Of a DNA stretch of 56,804 bases, positions 47,270 through 56,769 are shown piece after piece. Under the pieces are notes generated by a model, which saw only the letters and a list, made by a program, of their open reading frames with translations, was not told where the DNA came from and did no database searches. The first letter of the stretch is position 1. Each line of letters opens with the position of its first letter. The position numbers and the translations under genes are program-made. Location: positions 1 to 56,804 of the IMG/VR virus record IMGVR_UViG_3300032240_000220. One strand, given 5' to 3'. This DNA is from a virus (lineage: Duplodnaviria; Caudoviricetes).

Positions 47270-49264
47270 TTAATTTCTACTTATAAGATCAAGCAACATT
47301 GTGTCTGGATTCTGAGACATATGAACTCGACCACCTCTTTTAAATACTGTTCCTTGGATGACGTTACCGCCGTCTTGCATGTCTGGATCAGTGTTGTATT
47401 CGCCACCTACTGCCGCCTTTACTACGCCACCATCAGCAAACATAGGCAAGCCTTGGGTGGTTATCTCTTGGCGCATCTGAGGGGTGATGTCAAAACTGTG
47501 GAACGGAATTGTTTTGACTTCAGGCTCTTCAACCAATATGCCAGCTTCATTTTCATACGGGTTTAAAAATCCAGTTTCAACTTCATGAGGATGGTGCATT
47601 TGCACTTGGGTGTTGTACTTCTTGCCGAATTCATTGAGGTATGAGGGGATCATCTTGTCGTAGAAGCCCTGCATTCCTTCGCCACCGACTTGCAGATCAA
47701 GACCACTCAATGACCGTTTTCCTTCGCTCACGCTTCCAGCAGGGTACTCAGTGCCTTGGTTTTGTATGATTTTCTGAGCCATCTCTTTGCCGACAGTATC
47801 TTCTAGCTCAGACTGAGAAAGGTTTGATTTGCTTATGGCTGGTCTGTTGTTCTTGTCAATTGCTGTTATCGAGTAAGTGCCATCAGGATTTACGCCATAA
47901 CTGATTTCATTGATCTGCTTGCTGAGGTCATAGCGCTTGGCTTGCTCCGCCCCGGGGGTAATCGCTATCTTGTCATATCCATTTTCCGCGGCGTAGTTGA
48001 GCAGGCGTTTCATCGCTAGCTCGTGCCAGTTCTTTTTAAATGGCGCGTCAGGTACGGCTTCTTGCTCATTTAATCTTGCTTGATGCATTGCTATTCTTTT
48101 ATCTTCTTCACCAGCAAATTTAGCAAGCCCTATAGGATTGTCAGCCATCCTTTTTGCCATCTTATCTGCAAGTTCTTCTGCTCTTTCATCAGGGACACCG
48201 CTTGTCAAATAATCTTGTTTTACGGTTTGCTTTACTCTTTCCTGCAAATCCTTTAAATAATCTACGTATTCTTGTTCGGCATTTCCTCTGTATCCCTTCT
48301 TACGCCCCTCTTGATGCCAGTCAGACTGAATCTCTTCGACGTGGAGAACTTTTTGTGTAGCGCCTGTGGTGTCTACGTTCCTAAAACCTTTGGCGTGGGA
48401 GAACTGAGCCGCCTCTAACGGAGTGATCACCCCTCTTTGTACAGCAATGCTAGGCGCTCCACTTGCTAAGCTCTTTGCATCAACACCCAAGGATTCAGCC
48501 ATTCTCTTGCCGATGTCTTCAATCTGAGCCTTGGTGTAGGTTGGAGTTATCCTGTCCTGCACACGCATGTGGGCTAGCACGTTAGGTTCATCCCAGTGTT
48601 TGGACTGGTAATCTTGCTTGGGGTTTTTGGCTAACTCTCTGAGTTGATTTAACTCTTGCATCTCTTCTGGAGTAATGTTGCCAAAGTTGCGACCAACTGA
48701 TGACCGTCTCTCCTTGGCTTCTAACTCAAACATGCGTTTTTGATTTTTCTTTGCGTCAGAAGGTAGACGCATCAGTATCTCGCGGTAGTTTTGTCCACCC
48801 TCAGTTTTGTAATCGTGGTATTTAGTTCCCAACCCTTGATCAATGATGTGCTCACGAGCAAGATCGAGGTATCTTTGTTCCTCGTTATACATCTTGTCCT
48901 CAAAGATAGCGTCGACATCATCCTCAGTCTCAAAGCGGTTACGGCTATTCATGCCTGCTTCTTCAACAGCATCATCGTGCATGAACTGTTCAGCAAGCTC
49001 GCGCACCTCTTTCTGGGTGGGTTCTCCAATTTGCGTCTCACGCAATTGAGGAGGAGGGAGTTCTTTCAGCTTGGTGAGGAACTCTTCTTTGGACATCTTG
49101 GGCATCTCAATGATGCGTTCGAGCTTGCGAGCTTGTATCTCTATGGGTTTTACCCCTTTGATCTTGGAAAGCTCAGTGATGAATTCTTTGCCAGTTCCTT
49201 TGTTGCGCTTGAGCGCCTCAGCCGCCTTGTCTAGCGCGGAGTAGAAGCCTTTGATCTTGCTCAT
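47270..49264 (-). CDS. Large polyvalent-type protein with EEIQSDWHQ domain
   Basis: GFYSAL N-terminus, GGQNYREIL, HWDEPNVLAHMR, HVEEIQSDWHQ, GMQGFYD; C-terminal GG tags. Confidence 0.7.
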   Translation of the reverse strand: MSKIKGFYSALDKAAEALKRNKGTGKEFITELSKIKGVKPIEIQARKLERIIEMPKMSKEEFLTKLKELPPPQLRETQIGEPTQKEVRELAEQFMHDDAVEEAGMNSRNRFETEDDVDAIFEDKMYNEEQRYLDLAREHIIDQGLGTKYHDYKTEGGQNYREILMRLPSDAKKNQKRMFELEAKERRSSVGRNFGNITPEEMQELNQLRELAKNPKQDYQSKHWDEPNVLAHMRVQDRITPTYTKAQIEDIGKRMAESLGVDAKSLASGAPSIAVQRGVITPLEAAQFSHAKGFRNVDTTGATQKVLHVEEIQSDWHQEGRKKGYRGNAEQEYVDYLKDLQERVKQTVKQDYLTSGVPDERAEELADKMAKRMADNPIGLAKFAGEEDKRIAMHQARLNEQEAVPDAPFKKNWHELAMKRLLNYAAENGYDKIAITPGAEQAKRYDLSKQINEISYGVNPDGTYSITAIDKNNRPAISKSNLSQSELEDTVGKEMAQKIIQNQGTEYPAGSVSEGKRSLSGLDLQVGGEGMQGFYDKMIPSYLNEFGKKYNTQVQMHHPHEVETGFLNPYENEAGILVEEPEVKTIPFHSFDITPQMRQEITTQGLPMFADGGVVKAAVGGEYNTDPDMQDGGNVIQGTVFKRGGRVHMSQNPDTMLLDLISRN

Positions 49265-52200
49265 AGTGGGCGTTCCTCAATGATTAGGTCGTCGCCAGTG
49301 ATCTCGCCACCCTCAGCCATTTTCTTAACCTTGCCACCCTTTTTCTTACCAGTGAGCTTCTTCATCATGTCTTCGTACTGTTTGATCTCGTCAATCATTT
49401 GCTGGTCAATGACTTGGCGAGGGCCTACCATCTTGAAGCTACCGAACTCTTGACCTGCTTGGGCGGGGTTCTCGCGGACGGACTTTAGGGTGTCAGGGAA
49501 GGACAGTTCGTAGGGGACAGGGTACTTAAGACCCCCGAGGAATTGACCGGGGATGTCGTGCGAGTACGTCGGATGGGAGGACAACTTCAAGTCTGTCACA
49601 TCAGGCTTCATCAACCCTAGCGACTTACCTGTCACCCCAATCTCGAGGTCACGCAGGCTTGGCTCCGTCACCGCATGGGCTACGTCCAATCCGCTTGGCA
49701 TGTTGAACTTCTCAGTCACCGTGGGCATTTGCATCAGGTTGCCAAAATGCTTGCGCATGTCTGGGTCAAGTGCGAACTGTAGATACATCTCTTCTGGGCG
49801 CTCGATCCCGGGGAACGAGGGGAAAATGCGCTGGCGCTTCACCTTCTTGCTGTCCACATATGGATAGCCCTCACGCACCATCTTGTTAAAGCCCTCGATC
49901 TGCCTCTTAGTCATCTCTTCTGGGCGAAGGTTTTGAATGTTTGTGTCCGCAAAGTGCTGGGCGTAACTGTAGGAGTCAGGCCCCATCATCACGTAATTGC
50001 CAACCACTGGCGACTCATGCAACTCAGACAGAGCCTTGGCGCGGTTCTGCACCCCTTGCGCCGCTCCAAGGTTTGATGCCCAGAACTCATCATCCTTGCC
50101 TAAGCCGTACAAAGGGCCTCCATGCTGTGGAGCAGGCGAGCGCAGGGTTCTGCCAGCCACTGAATGGATCGTCTGTCCTGAGATGGTTGGATCGCCTGAG
50201 ATACCCATCATCACGTTGCCCTTTAGGCTCTCGATGTCCACAGGGTTGACTGGCGGACGCTCAACACCTTCCGTTGGGCGGATGTCGTGCTCTAGCGTCT
50301 TCTCGCGCTCGAACTGCTTCTGAGTCTTGCCTGCCACAGTCTTCGCGGTCTTGTCACTTGCGCGGACGTACTCACCAGTCATCTGAGGTGCAATGCGTTG
50401 GGCGATGGCTTCAATCTCTGCCTTGCTCTTAGCAGGGGCGCGTGCAAGCTTGATGAGCTTCTCAACTGCTCCGCCTTTGCCTTTGTTTTGTTCACGTTCT
50501 GCCTGCTCACGAGCCATGCGATCCATCTCTTCACGAATCTGCTCGTTGGTCATCTGGAAGGGTTTGACCTCGTTGTACGGGATTGAGGCGGTCTCAGCCT
50601 TGTACTTGTTCATCAGGTTGACTCTGGCTTGGAACTCAGGCTTCAACGCCTTCATGCGCTCGAGTGCCTCGATAGCCGCCTTGCTCAGTGATCCACCTGC
50701 ACTCATGTGCTGATCCATCACAGCCATGTGTTGGCAGTCGGAGTTGTCAGAGATGGAGACCTTACCGCCCTTCTTCATGCCAGCTTCTGGTGGGGGAGGA
50801 ATGTCAATGCCTAATTCTTTTTTGGCTTGGTTAATCTTTTCTATTGCACGAGCAATAGGAGCGTATTTTGTTTCGCCGCTCTCCATCCAGTCTTCTGGTC
50901 TAGTCAAAAGCGCTTTTAATTCGTTGTAAGTGTAAGGAACATTCTTTGAGATTGTCTTACCTGCATTGGTTTGCAACTCAGTGTATTCAGGGCTTGGTAT
51001 GGCTCCACTGAATTCATCAAAAGCTTTATTGCTAAGTCGATGCTGTTCAAGCGCAGGATGCGTGTCTAAAAAGTTTACAGCCTCAGAAACCAAAGGCTGA
51101 TACTTTGCTTCTGCTTCTGGATGAGTCAAATAGTCAGAACCAAACTTACTCAAACCAGTGTTTCGCAAGTCGCCAACGTCTGACCATTGATCACCTCGCA
51201 CAAAATCCTGTACGTAAGGCAGATACTGTTCTTTAGGCGCTTGGTTTTGTTTGCCTTTGATCTGGACAATTTGAGGAGGCATTTCGCTTTGCTTCTTGTC
51301 TAGCAATGCAAATTGCAACTCTTTTACTCTGTTGTTATAGAACTGATCGCGCTGAGGAAATGTTGCAAAGTTTTGAGCGTTGGCTTCATTGTTTGCCTGC
51401 TCATAAATTGCATTCATTTCGTTATGGTCAGTGCGCGCTTGGCTTGGTCGAACCTCAATAGTCACATGAGGCTCACCACGCTTATCACGCAGGCTATAAA
51501 TGCGTGACCTGCCCTCTATTACATCAGGACAGTAGCCACCTACGCAGTGACCCATGGTGTCGCCTTCGTACTTGAGGGCGTTTTCAAGCAACTGCCTTGG
51601 ATTGCCGGGCGCGTCTGGATGCCTGTTATACAAGTTTTTAATAAGATCAGGCAAGTCACTTCCAATAACTCGCACGCCTTCAGGAGATACAGCGCGCACA
51701 ACACCACCTTTTGGCTCAATCATTTTCCAGCCTTTAGGAAGTACATTTGGCATTTTTGGCGTAGCCAACTCAACCCACTTGTATCCCTCTGGATATTCTT
51801 TGTGCAGTGGCATTCCCTCAGTGTTCTTGATCTGAGTCTCAGCCATCTTCTTAGCCTGCTCAGCGTTGAAGTCCGCGGCGCGCTTGATCGCTTGATCTAC
51901 CGTGATCTTGTTGAGTTGCTCAGGGCGGATGCGACCCGCCATAACGTCTTGCTTGAGGACGTCAACAACATGGTCAAAGCCAAGGTTGTAAATGTCGCCA
52001 GAGTAAAGCGTGGCTTCTGGGTCGAGCTTGCTTATCCAAGGATTTTGTTCGCCAGTTACGAAGTCGTTGCCTGAGAGCCTACCTTGTAAGTTGGCTTGCT
52101 TGACTCGAAGTTGCCCAAACTCTTCGCCCTCGCCAATCATGTTCGCCTTGTCATACGTGGACATCTTGTCCATCAAGCTTTCTAATTCATCTGGCTTTAA

Positions 52201-53460
52201 GACAACTTTGCCTTCCAAATATTTTCTAAATTTCTGATCTATCTCAAGTTCTTTTTCTAATAGCTGTTGCGTTACCTTCTGAGCTTCTGGCATTATTCCC
52301 AAAGCTTCTTGGATGTCTCCAGCCCTTCTGGTTTGGATGGCTTCATCACTAAGGTTCTCCCATGCTTTGGCAGGCATAGACTTAGCCTCACCCTCGGGAT
52401 TAAAGCCAGCCTTCTCACGCTGTCCTCGCATGTCCCTGTCAGAGACGTATTTTGCTGATTCTTCCACTTCATCCGCTGGCATGTGGGTGATGTGCTTCAT
52501 AGCAAAGTCGCGGTCAAACTCAGCCTCAGACGCTAACCTGTCAGCCTCTCGGGTCAGGTTGGCTTGTCTGCGTGGGTCAGCTTCTTGTTGGGCACGCTCT
52601 TTTGTACGGTTAGCGCGCTCCATGTCCTTGGCGTACTTGCTCTCGACCTCTTGCACGCGATTCTCAAACATCAAGCGCACTGGATCGTTTGGCGTAGCCA
52701 TCTGCTTCTTGACGTAGTTGCCAAGGTTCTGGGTTACCCACTTGTCGAGCGCCGCCTCTTTCTTCGTTGTGTCAAGGTGACGCTGAATGATTGCGCGACC
52801 ATCATCATTTATGGCTGGGTCTAGCAACGCACGCTCATGCAAAGGAATGCGTTCAGCAGGTGTTTGGTTAACAATAGTTGGCGTGGTCAGTCGATTGAGC
52901 GATCTGTCCACGCTGTTCATCAAGTCGCCACCAGTCCAGTTACCGCCTTCAGGCTTGACCACATTTGTTATCGCCATGCGTGGGGCTAGGGCGGAGAGTG
53001 GGCCAGAGGACAGAGGGCCAGTCTGGTGAATCAGGGCATCATTGATTGCTTTGCCAGTCATCCGCGTGCCAGCGCCGAGACCACGTCCTAAGCCGTAGGT
53101 CACAGCTTTAGCCGCTGTGCCAGACAACGGAGCAGGGGCAAACTCACCCATCGATCCATACATCTCAGCGGTGTGCTTGCGTGATGGGGATGCGTTCTGC
53201 GGTACAGCAGGAGGAAGCATCTGGTTCATCTCTTCAGTCGTTGGCATGACGCGACGACCAAAAACGGATTGCATTGTCTCTGGTGCTATTGCGCGTGCAA
53301 CATCGCTGATGTCACCAGCCGCGCCCGCTGTGCCTGCAACAGAACCACGCAGTGCGCCTGCCATCATGTCGCCCAATGCTTGGGCTGGTTCTGCAAAGCT
53401 CTTGAGGTCAGAGACTACTCTATCAAGCGTGAGTTGGCGTTGAGCGCGAGGGTTGGGCAT
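49261..53460 (-). CDS. Large multi-domain protein with PcfJ-like domain
   Basis: EGDTMGHCVGGY...IYSLRD...PHVTIEV...QIKGKQN; a second globular region follows the KKGG linker. Confidence 0.7.
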   Translation of the reverse strand: MPNPRAQRQLTLDRVVSDLKSFAEPAQALGDMMAGALRGSVAGTAGAAGDISDVARAIAPETMQSVFGRRVMPTTEEMNQMLPPAVPQNASPSRKHTAEMYGSMGEFAPAPLSGTAAKAVTYGLGRGLGAGTRMTGKAINDALIHQTGPLSSGPLSALAPRMAITNVVKPEGGNWTGGDLMNSVDRSLNRLTTPTIVNQTPAERIPLHERALLDPAINDDGRAIIQRHLDTTKKEAALDKWVTQNLGNYVKKQMATPNDPVRLMFENRVQEVESKYAKDMERANRTKERAQQEADPRRQANLTREADRLASEAEFDRDFAMKHITHMPADEVEESAKYVSDRDMRGQREKAGFNPEGEAKSMPAKAWENLSDEAIQTRRAGDIQEALGIMPEAQKVTQQLLEKELEIDQKFRKYLEGKVVLKPDELESLMDKMSTYDKANMIGEGEEFGQLRVKQANLQGRLSGNDFVTGEQNPWISKLDPEATLYSGDIYNLGFDHVVDVLKQDVMAGRIRPEQLNKITVDQAIKRAADFNAEQAKKMAETQIKNTEGMPLHKEYPEGYKWVELATPKMPNVLPKGWKMIEPKGGVVRAVSPEGVRVIGSDLPDLIKNLYNRHPDAPGNPRQLLENALKYEGDTMGHCVGGYCPDVIEGRSRIYSLRDKRGEPHVTIEVRPSQARTDHNEMNAIYEQANNEANAQNFATFPQRDQFYNNRVKELQFALLDKKQSEMPPQIVQIKGKQNQAPKEQYLPYVQDFVRGDQWSDVGDLRNTGLSKFGSDYLTHPEAEAKYQPLVSEAVNFLDTHPALEQHRLSNKAFDEFSGAIPSPEYTELQTNAGKTISKNVPYTYNELKALLTRPEDWMESGETKYAPIARAIEKINQAKKELGIDIPPPPEAGMKKGGKVSISDNSDCQHMAVMDQHMSAGGSLSKAAIEALERMKALKPEFQARVNLMNKYKAETASIPYNEVKPFQMTNEQIREEMDRMAREQAEREQNKGKGGAVEKLIKLARAPAKSKAEIEAIAQRIAPQMTGEYVRASDKTAKTVAGKTQKQFEREKTLEHDIRPTEGVERPPVNPVDIESLKGNVMMGISGDPTISGQTIHSVAGRTLRSPAPQHGGPLYGLGKDDEFWASNLGAAQGVQNRAKALSELHESPVVGNYVMMGPDSYSYAQHFADTNIQNLRPEEMTKRQIEGFNKMVREGYPYVDSKKVKRQRIFPSFPGIERPEEMYLQFALDPDMRKHFGNLMQMPTVTEKFNMPSGLDVAHAVTEPSLRDLEIGVTGKSLGLMKPDVTDLKLSSHPTYSHDIPGQFLGGLKYPVPYELSFPDTLKSVRENPAQAGQEFGSFKMVGPRQVIDQQMIDEIKQYEDMMKKLTGKKKGGKVKKMAEGGEITGDDLIIEERPL

Positions 53461-53513
53461 TCTGACCTCGGTTAGTTAGGTGTGCTAATCATACAGACTC
53501 AAGCTTGTCAAGT

Positions 53514-54956
53514 CTACACAGCATATGGGTTTTCTCGTCTCTGTCTTCCGCTGTCAATGTAGTCGTCCTCGTCATACGCTTCTGGTGGTTCGCCATCAAT
53601 GTCGATCCAGCCTGAGTCCCTCAAGTACCTAAGAGCCTGCGTGGTCATGTCCACAAAGTCGTCGTGGCTCGTGTCAGGGAAAGCGCACAGTTGGCTGAGC
53701 CACGGTTCGCACCAGTCTTTGACGAACTTGGGACGCTCACTGCTCTCTGGTGCCCAGACTCTGCCACGAGCGAAGATGCTGGAGACGACGTTCAGGCGTT
53801 GCATCTTGTCCGCGTGCCCCGGGTTATACGCTCTCACAGGCAGATGCGACCTCCCCAAGTCTTGGATCAACTGCGTCCCTGCGCTTTTGTCCTCCACCAG
53901 TATCAGGTCTACCCTCTTCCTGTCTTGCCCCTCGCCATACACCACCTCGTACTCCTCCGCCACCTTCGGGCGTAGGTCAGGGTATTGCAGGCGGTCTTGC
54001 CAACAGTCGATGAGCATCACGGACATGGGGCCATCCAACGGTTTGAACACACCCCACGTTCCCGCGGCGGTTGGGTCATTGACCGTCTTCTCGCTCGTTG
54101 CGCAGTCATAGCTCTGGAGGATGTACTCAAACTTGGGGAAGGTTTTGCCGTTGGGCCACAGCTTAATCATCTCGCGCTTGATGATGCCTGACTCCTCTGG
54201 ATCGATGATCTCCGCATGGATCTCCTGCCTACCGATCTTGGTTCCCTCGTACTGAAGGATCTGCTTCTGGAAGGTTGTGGATAGGTTGGCAAGGTTGGCG
54301 TAGGTCGAGGCGGTAGTTACCGTCACATCGTCACCATCCCTGCCCACCAAGTCAACGATCAAGTCTTTGGGCTGTGGAGTAGTTGTGCATAAGATTTTGT
54401 TGCCTAAGTCTGTGAGGGGTAAGCGGACGGAGAACATGATCTGATCCCACGCCTCGTCCAAGTAATCCCATGCCGCTAGCTCATCGCACCACGCTCCGTG
54501 GAACTGAGGGCCTCGGAAGCGACTAGGTTCAGACGCTGGGATGCCCTTGAGTATTGAGCCATTGAGTAGCACCATCTCATGGAGCGCCTTGTTGTAGTCA
54601 AGCACCAACTCCTTGGGGATGATGTTGACTAGCCCTGAGTCACCCTCAAAGCACGTACCACGCACGTCCGCAGAGGTAGGAGCCGACACCAACCATCGAG
54701 TGTTAGGGTATGACCACGCCCACCAGCCGATCTGCTCCGCCGCGGTTCTGGTCTTACCCGCTCCACGACCTGCGAGGAGGAGCCATATCGTCCACCAGTT
54801 CCCCTTTGGTAGCGTCTGGTGCTGGTGCTGGGTAGCGTACCAACCCATGCGCCATGTGAACGCTATCTGTGACGCTACAGGTAGGGCAAGGAACTGCTTA
54901 CGGGTATCAGGGTGCTTGAGCGCCTCAAGCGTCTCTGACACTACATCGCTATCCAT
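53514..54956 (-). CDS. terL: Terminase large subunit
   Basis: Walker A AGRGAGKT, Walker B WCDE, TTTP motif III, nuclease QSYD...HDDFVD. Confidence 0.95.
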   Translation of the reverse strand: MDSDVVSETLEALKHPDTRKQFLALPVASQIAFTWRMGWYATQHQHQTLPKGNWWTIWLLLAGRGAGKTRTAAEQIGWWAWSYPNTRWLVSAPTSADVRGTCFEGDSGLVNIIPKELVLDYNKALHEMVLLNGSILKGIPASEPSRFRGPQFHGAWCDELAAWDYLDEAWDQIMFSVRLPLTDLGNKILCTTTPQPKDLIVDLVGRDGDDVTVTTASTYANLANLSTTFQKQILQYEGTKIGRQEIHAEIIDPEESGIIKREMIKLWPNGKTFPKFEYILQSYDCATSEKTVNDPTAAGTWGVFKPLDGPMSVMLIDCWQDRLQYPDLRPKVAEEYEVVYGEGQDRKRVDLILVEDKSAGTQLIQDLGRSHLPVRAYNPGHADKMQRLNVVSSIFARGRVWAPESSERPKFVKDWCEPWLSQLCAFPDTSHDDFVDMTTQALRYLRDSGWIDIDGEPPEAYDEDDYIDSGRQRRENPYAV

Positions 54957-55509
54957 TCTTGGCTTGTAACTTTAGTTCTACGTTCTTGAGCAGGGCGTCG
55001 AACATGGTCATACCAAGTTTCTCTGGGTTATCTGGGTCGCCACCGATCTGTACCTTGTCACCGTACTTGCGGGGCTTGAGCTTCATAGCTGTCCACTTAC
55101 GTGCCTCTATGCGTTGCTTCTGCCAAGCAATGTAGGTAGGGTCTAGGGTAGTGCGCCCCTTTTCGTCGGTGTACTCAGGGGGCATTTCGTCAGCAATAGC
55201 GAGGATTTGGTCAGCGTTTGTATCCGCCTGCTCTTCTCGTGCGCGCACGTACATCTCTGAAAACTCTTCGTGCCTCAACAACCACACGTACACAGTCGAC
55301 TGCACAGGCATGTGATCATCGTTCGTTATCTGTACTAAAGACTCTCCGTTACTTAGTCTTTCACATATGACTCTAGCTGTCTCTATGTTGTATGAGGAGG
55401 GTTTACCTACTTTTTTCTTTTCCTTTGTTGGCGGCTCAACTGTAAGTTGCGCGAAAGCTTCTACAAAGGGTGTTAGGTTCTCTACTGTTTTTGTCTTAGT
55501 CTTAGCCAT
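54949..55509 (-). CDS. terS: Terminase small subunit (Sf6-like)
   Basis: ICERLSNGESL..I....MP...TVY.WL...F..MY.RARE.QAD, RKW.A.KL.P.KYGDK. Confidence 0.9.
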   Translation of the reverse strand: MAKTKTKTVENLTPFVEAFAQLTVEPPTKEKKKVGKPSSYNIETARVICERLSNGESLVQITNDDHMPVQSTVYVWLLRHEEFSEMYVRAREEQADTNADQILAIADEMPPEYTDEKGRTTLDPTYIAWQKQRIEARKWTAMKLKPRKYGDKVQIGGDPDNPEKLGMTMFDALLKNVELKLQAKNG

Positions 55510-55544
55510 GGTCAACAATTCTTTCAGTTGATAGTTGGCATATT

Positions 55545-55697
55545 TTAATCTGAACTTTCAATTTCTTTCAAGCGCTCAGAGAGTATCCTGAGTTCCTCCT
55601 CCATGTTGGTGAGGAGGGTTTGTAAGGACTTGATAGCAGTAACCGCTAGCTCTGGGTTCCTCCTAATGTATTCAGGACTCCATATTTCCTCAGTCAT
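55545..55697 (-). CDS. Small hypothetical protein, 50 aa (not in ORF track)
   Basis: Hand-translated MTEEIWSPEYIRRNPELAV...EIESSD; ATGA-coupled. Confidence 0.55.
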   Translation of the reverse strand: MTEEIWSPEYIRRNPELAVTAIKSLQTLLTNMEEELRILSERLKEIESSD

Positions 55698-55891
55698 GTG
55701 TTTTTATCCTTTAATTTGGCTTCTGCCCATTCAACAGCAAGTTCCCAAACTACTGCATCATTTGATGAGGTTGGCTTACTTGCTTCAATCTCTTCTTCTG
55801 TCAACCCAACCCAAGGTTTCTTGTAGTCTTGGATGTCATCGTCCTCTTCCACTCTGCGGTGTGGCACTGATATGCCGATTGGTCTAGTCAT
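55694..55891 (-). CDS. Small phage protein with W.GLT.EEI motif
   Basis: PWVGLTEEEI...AEAKLKDKNT; ATGA-coupled. Confidence 0.7.
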   Translation of the reverse strand: MTRPIGISVPHRRVEEDDDIQDYKKPWVGLTEEEIEASKPTSSNDAVVWELAVEWAEAKLKDKNT

Positions 55892-56091
55892 GCTTGTCCC
55901 CTTGCACGAACTCGGTCAGCCAAATATTGCTCATCACATTCTTTTTCAAGCCACACAGCAATCGCCTCACGCTCATGCTCTGCTACCAGTTTGGCAAAGG
56001 CTTCAACTTGCTTCATGGAATCTTCACTTATGTATTTCAAGTAATCCATTCCAACCTGTCTAGCCATCTCAATGATTTCATCTTGTGTCAT
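55888..56091 (-). CDS. Small phage protein (start revised to MTQDEIIEMARQVG)
   Basis: AGGAG RBS, FAKLVAEHEREA...IRARG-like motif. Confidence 0.7.
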   Translation of the reverse strand: MTQDEIIEMARQVGMDYLKYISEDSMKQVEAFAKLVAEHEREAIAVWLEKECDEQYLADRVRARGQA

Positions 56092-56279
56092 GTGTTCTTC
56101 TCCTTTGCGGTTTGCATCAAAACTTTTAACTGTTCTTTGTTGATCTTGTACCAAGGTCTATGTCCACCAGCTTTGTACCCAGCAGAATAGATTGTTTTAA
56201 TTTGTTCTTTAAATTCTTCATTCCTAAAAATGTTGTCTTCCTCTTCCCACCACATCTCAAAGTCGTTATCAAGGTTCAC
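56088..56279 (-). CDS. Hypothetical protein
   Basis: 63-aa coupled ORF. Confidence 0.6.
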   Translation of the reverse strand: MNLDNDFEMWWEEEDNIFRNEEFKEQIKTIYSAGYKAGGHRPWYKINKEQLKVLMQTAKEKNT

Positions 56280-56476
56280 CGCTTCATGCCTCGCACGTAG
56301 GCGGCGAAGCTCGCAGGCGTGTCCCCAACCATCTTCTCAATCTCCAGCGCCACTTCCTCAAGCACTGTGTTGCGGTCAGGGATAGACCTCAAGTTCTCCA
56401 CCAGATCACGCACCAAGTTCTGTGATCCGTCGGTCACCCCAGTTGATATTGCCATCTGGTCTTCCTTGTAACCCAT
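56276..56476 (-). CDS. Hypothetical protein
   Basis: RNTVLEEVA.EIEKM..DT.ASFA.YVRGMK; AGGAG RBS. Confidence 0.65.
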   Translation of the reverse strand: MGYKEDQMAISTGVTDGSQNLVRDLVENLRSIPDRNTVLEEVALEIEKMVGDTPASFAAYVRGMKR

Positions 56477-56479
56477 GGC

Positions 56480-56671
56480 TTACTCCTTGGTGTTAGTTAA
56501 CTTTTTGCCATCTTGAACTGGGTAAGCGGTGTTTTTGCCCTTCAAATGTGAGATCAGGTCACCTAAGAACATGTGGTGGTGCTTGGCATACCTCTCAATC
56601 TCGTGGACGATGAAGTCGCACCCAGACTCGAAGCCTCGGATGTAGTCTTTGTTGAGGTATGCATCCATCAT
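56480..56671 (-). CDS. Hypothetical protein
   Basis: 63-aa coupled ORF. Confidence 0.6.
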   Translation of the reverse strand: MMDAYLNKDYIRGFESGCDFIVHEIERYAKHHHMFLGDLISHLKGKNTAYPVQDGKKLTNTKE

Positions 56672-56769
56672 GGTCTCCAGACGGTAAGGTCAAAGATCAA
56701 CGCAAGGGTTGCGAACGCCATTAAAACGCACCAGCAAATTTGAAACTCAGTTAGTTCTTCTGTTTTCAT
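56668..56769 (-). CDS. 33-aa membrane peptide spanning the circular junction
   Basis: MKTEELTEFQICWCVLMAFATLALIFDLTVWRP; GGAGG RBS; ATGA overlaps on both sides. Confidence 0.6.
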   Translation of the reverse strand: MKTEELTEFQICWCVLMAFATLALIFDLTVWRP

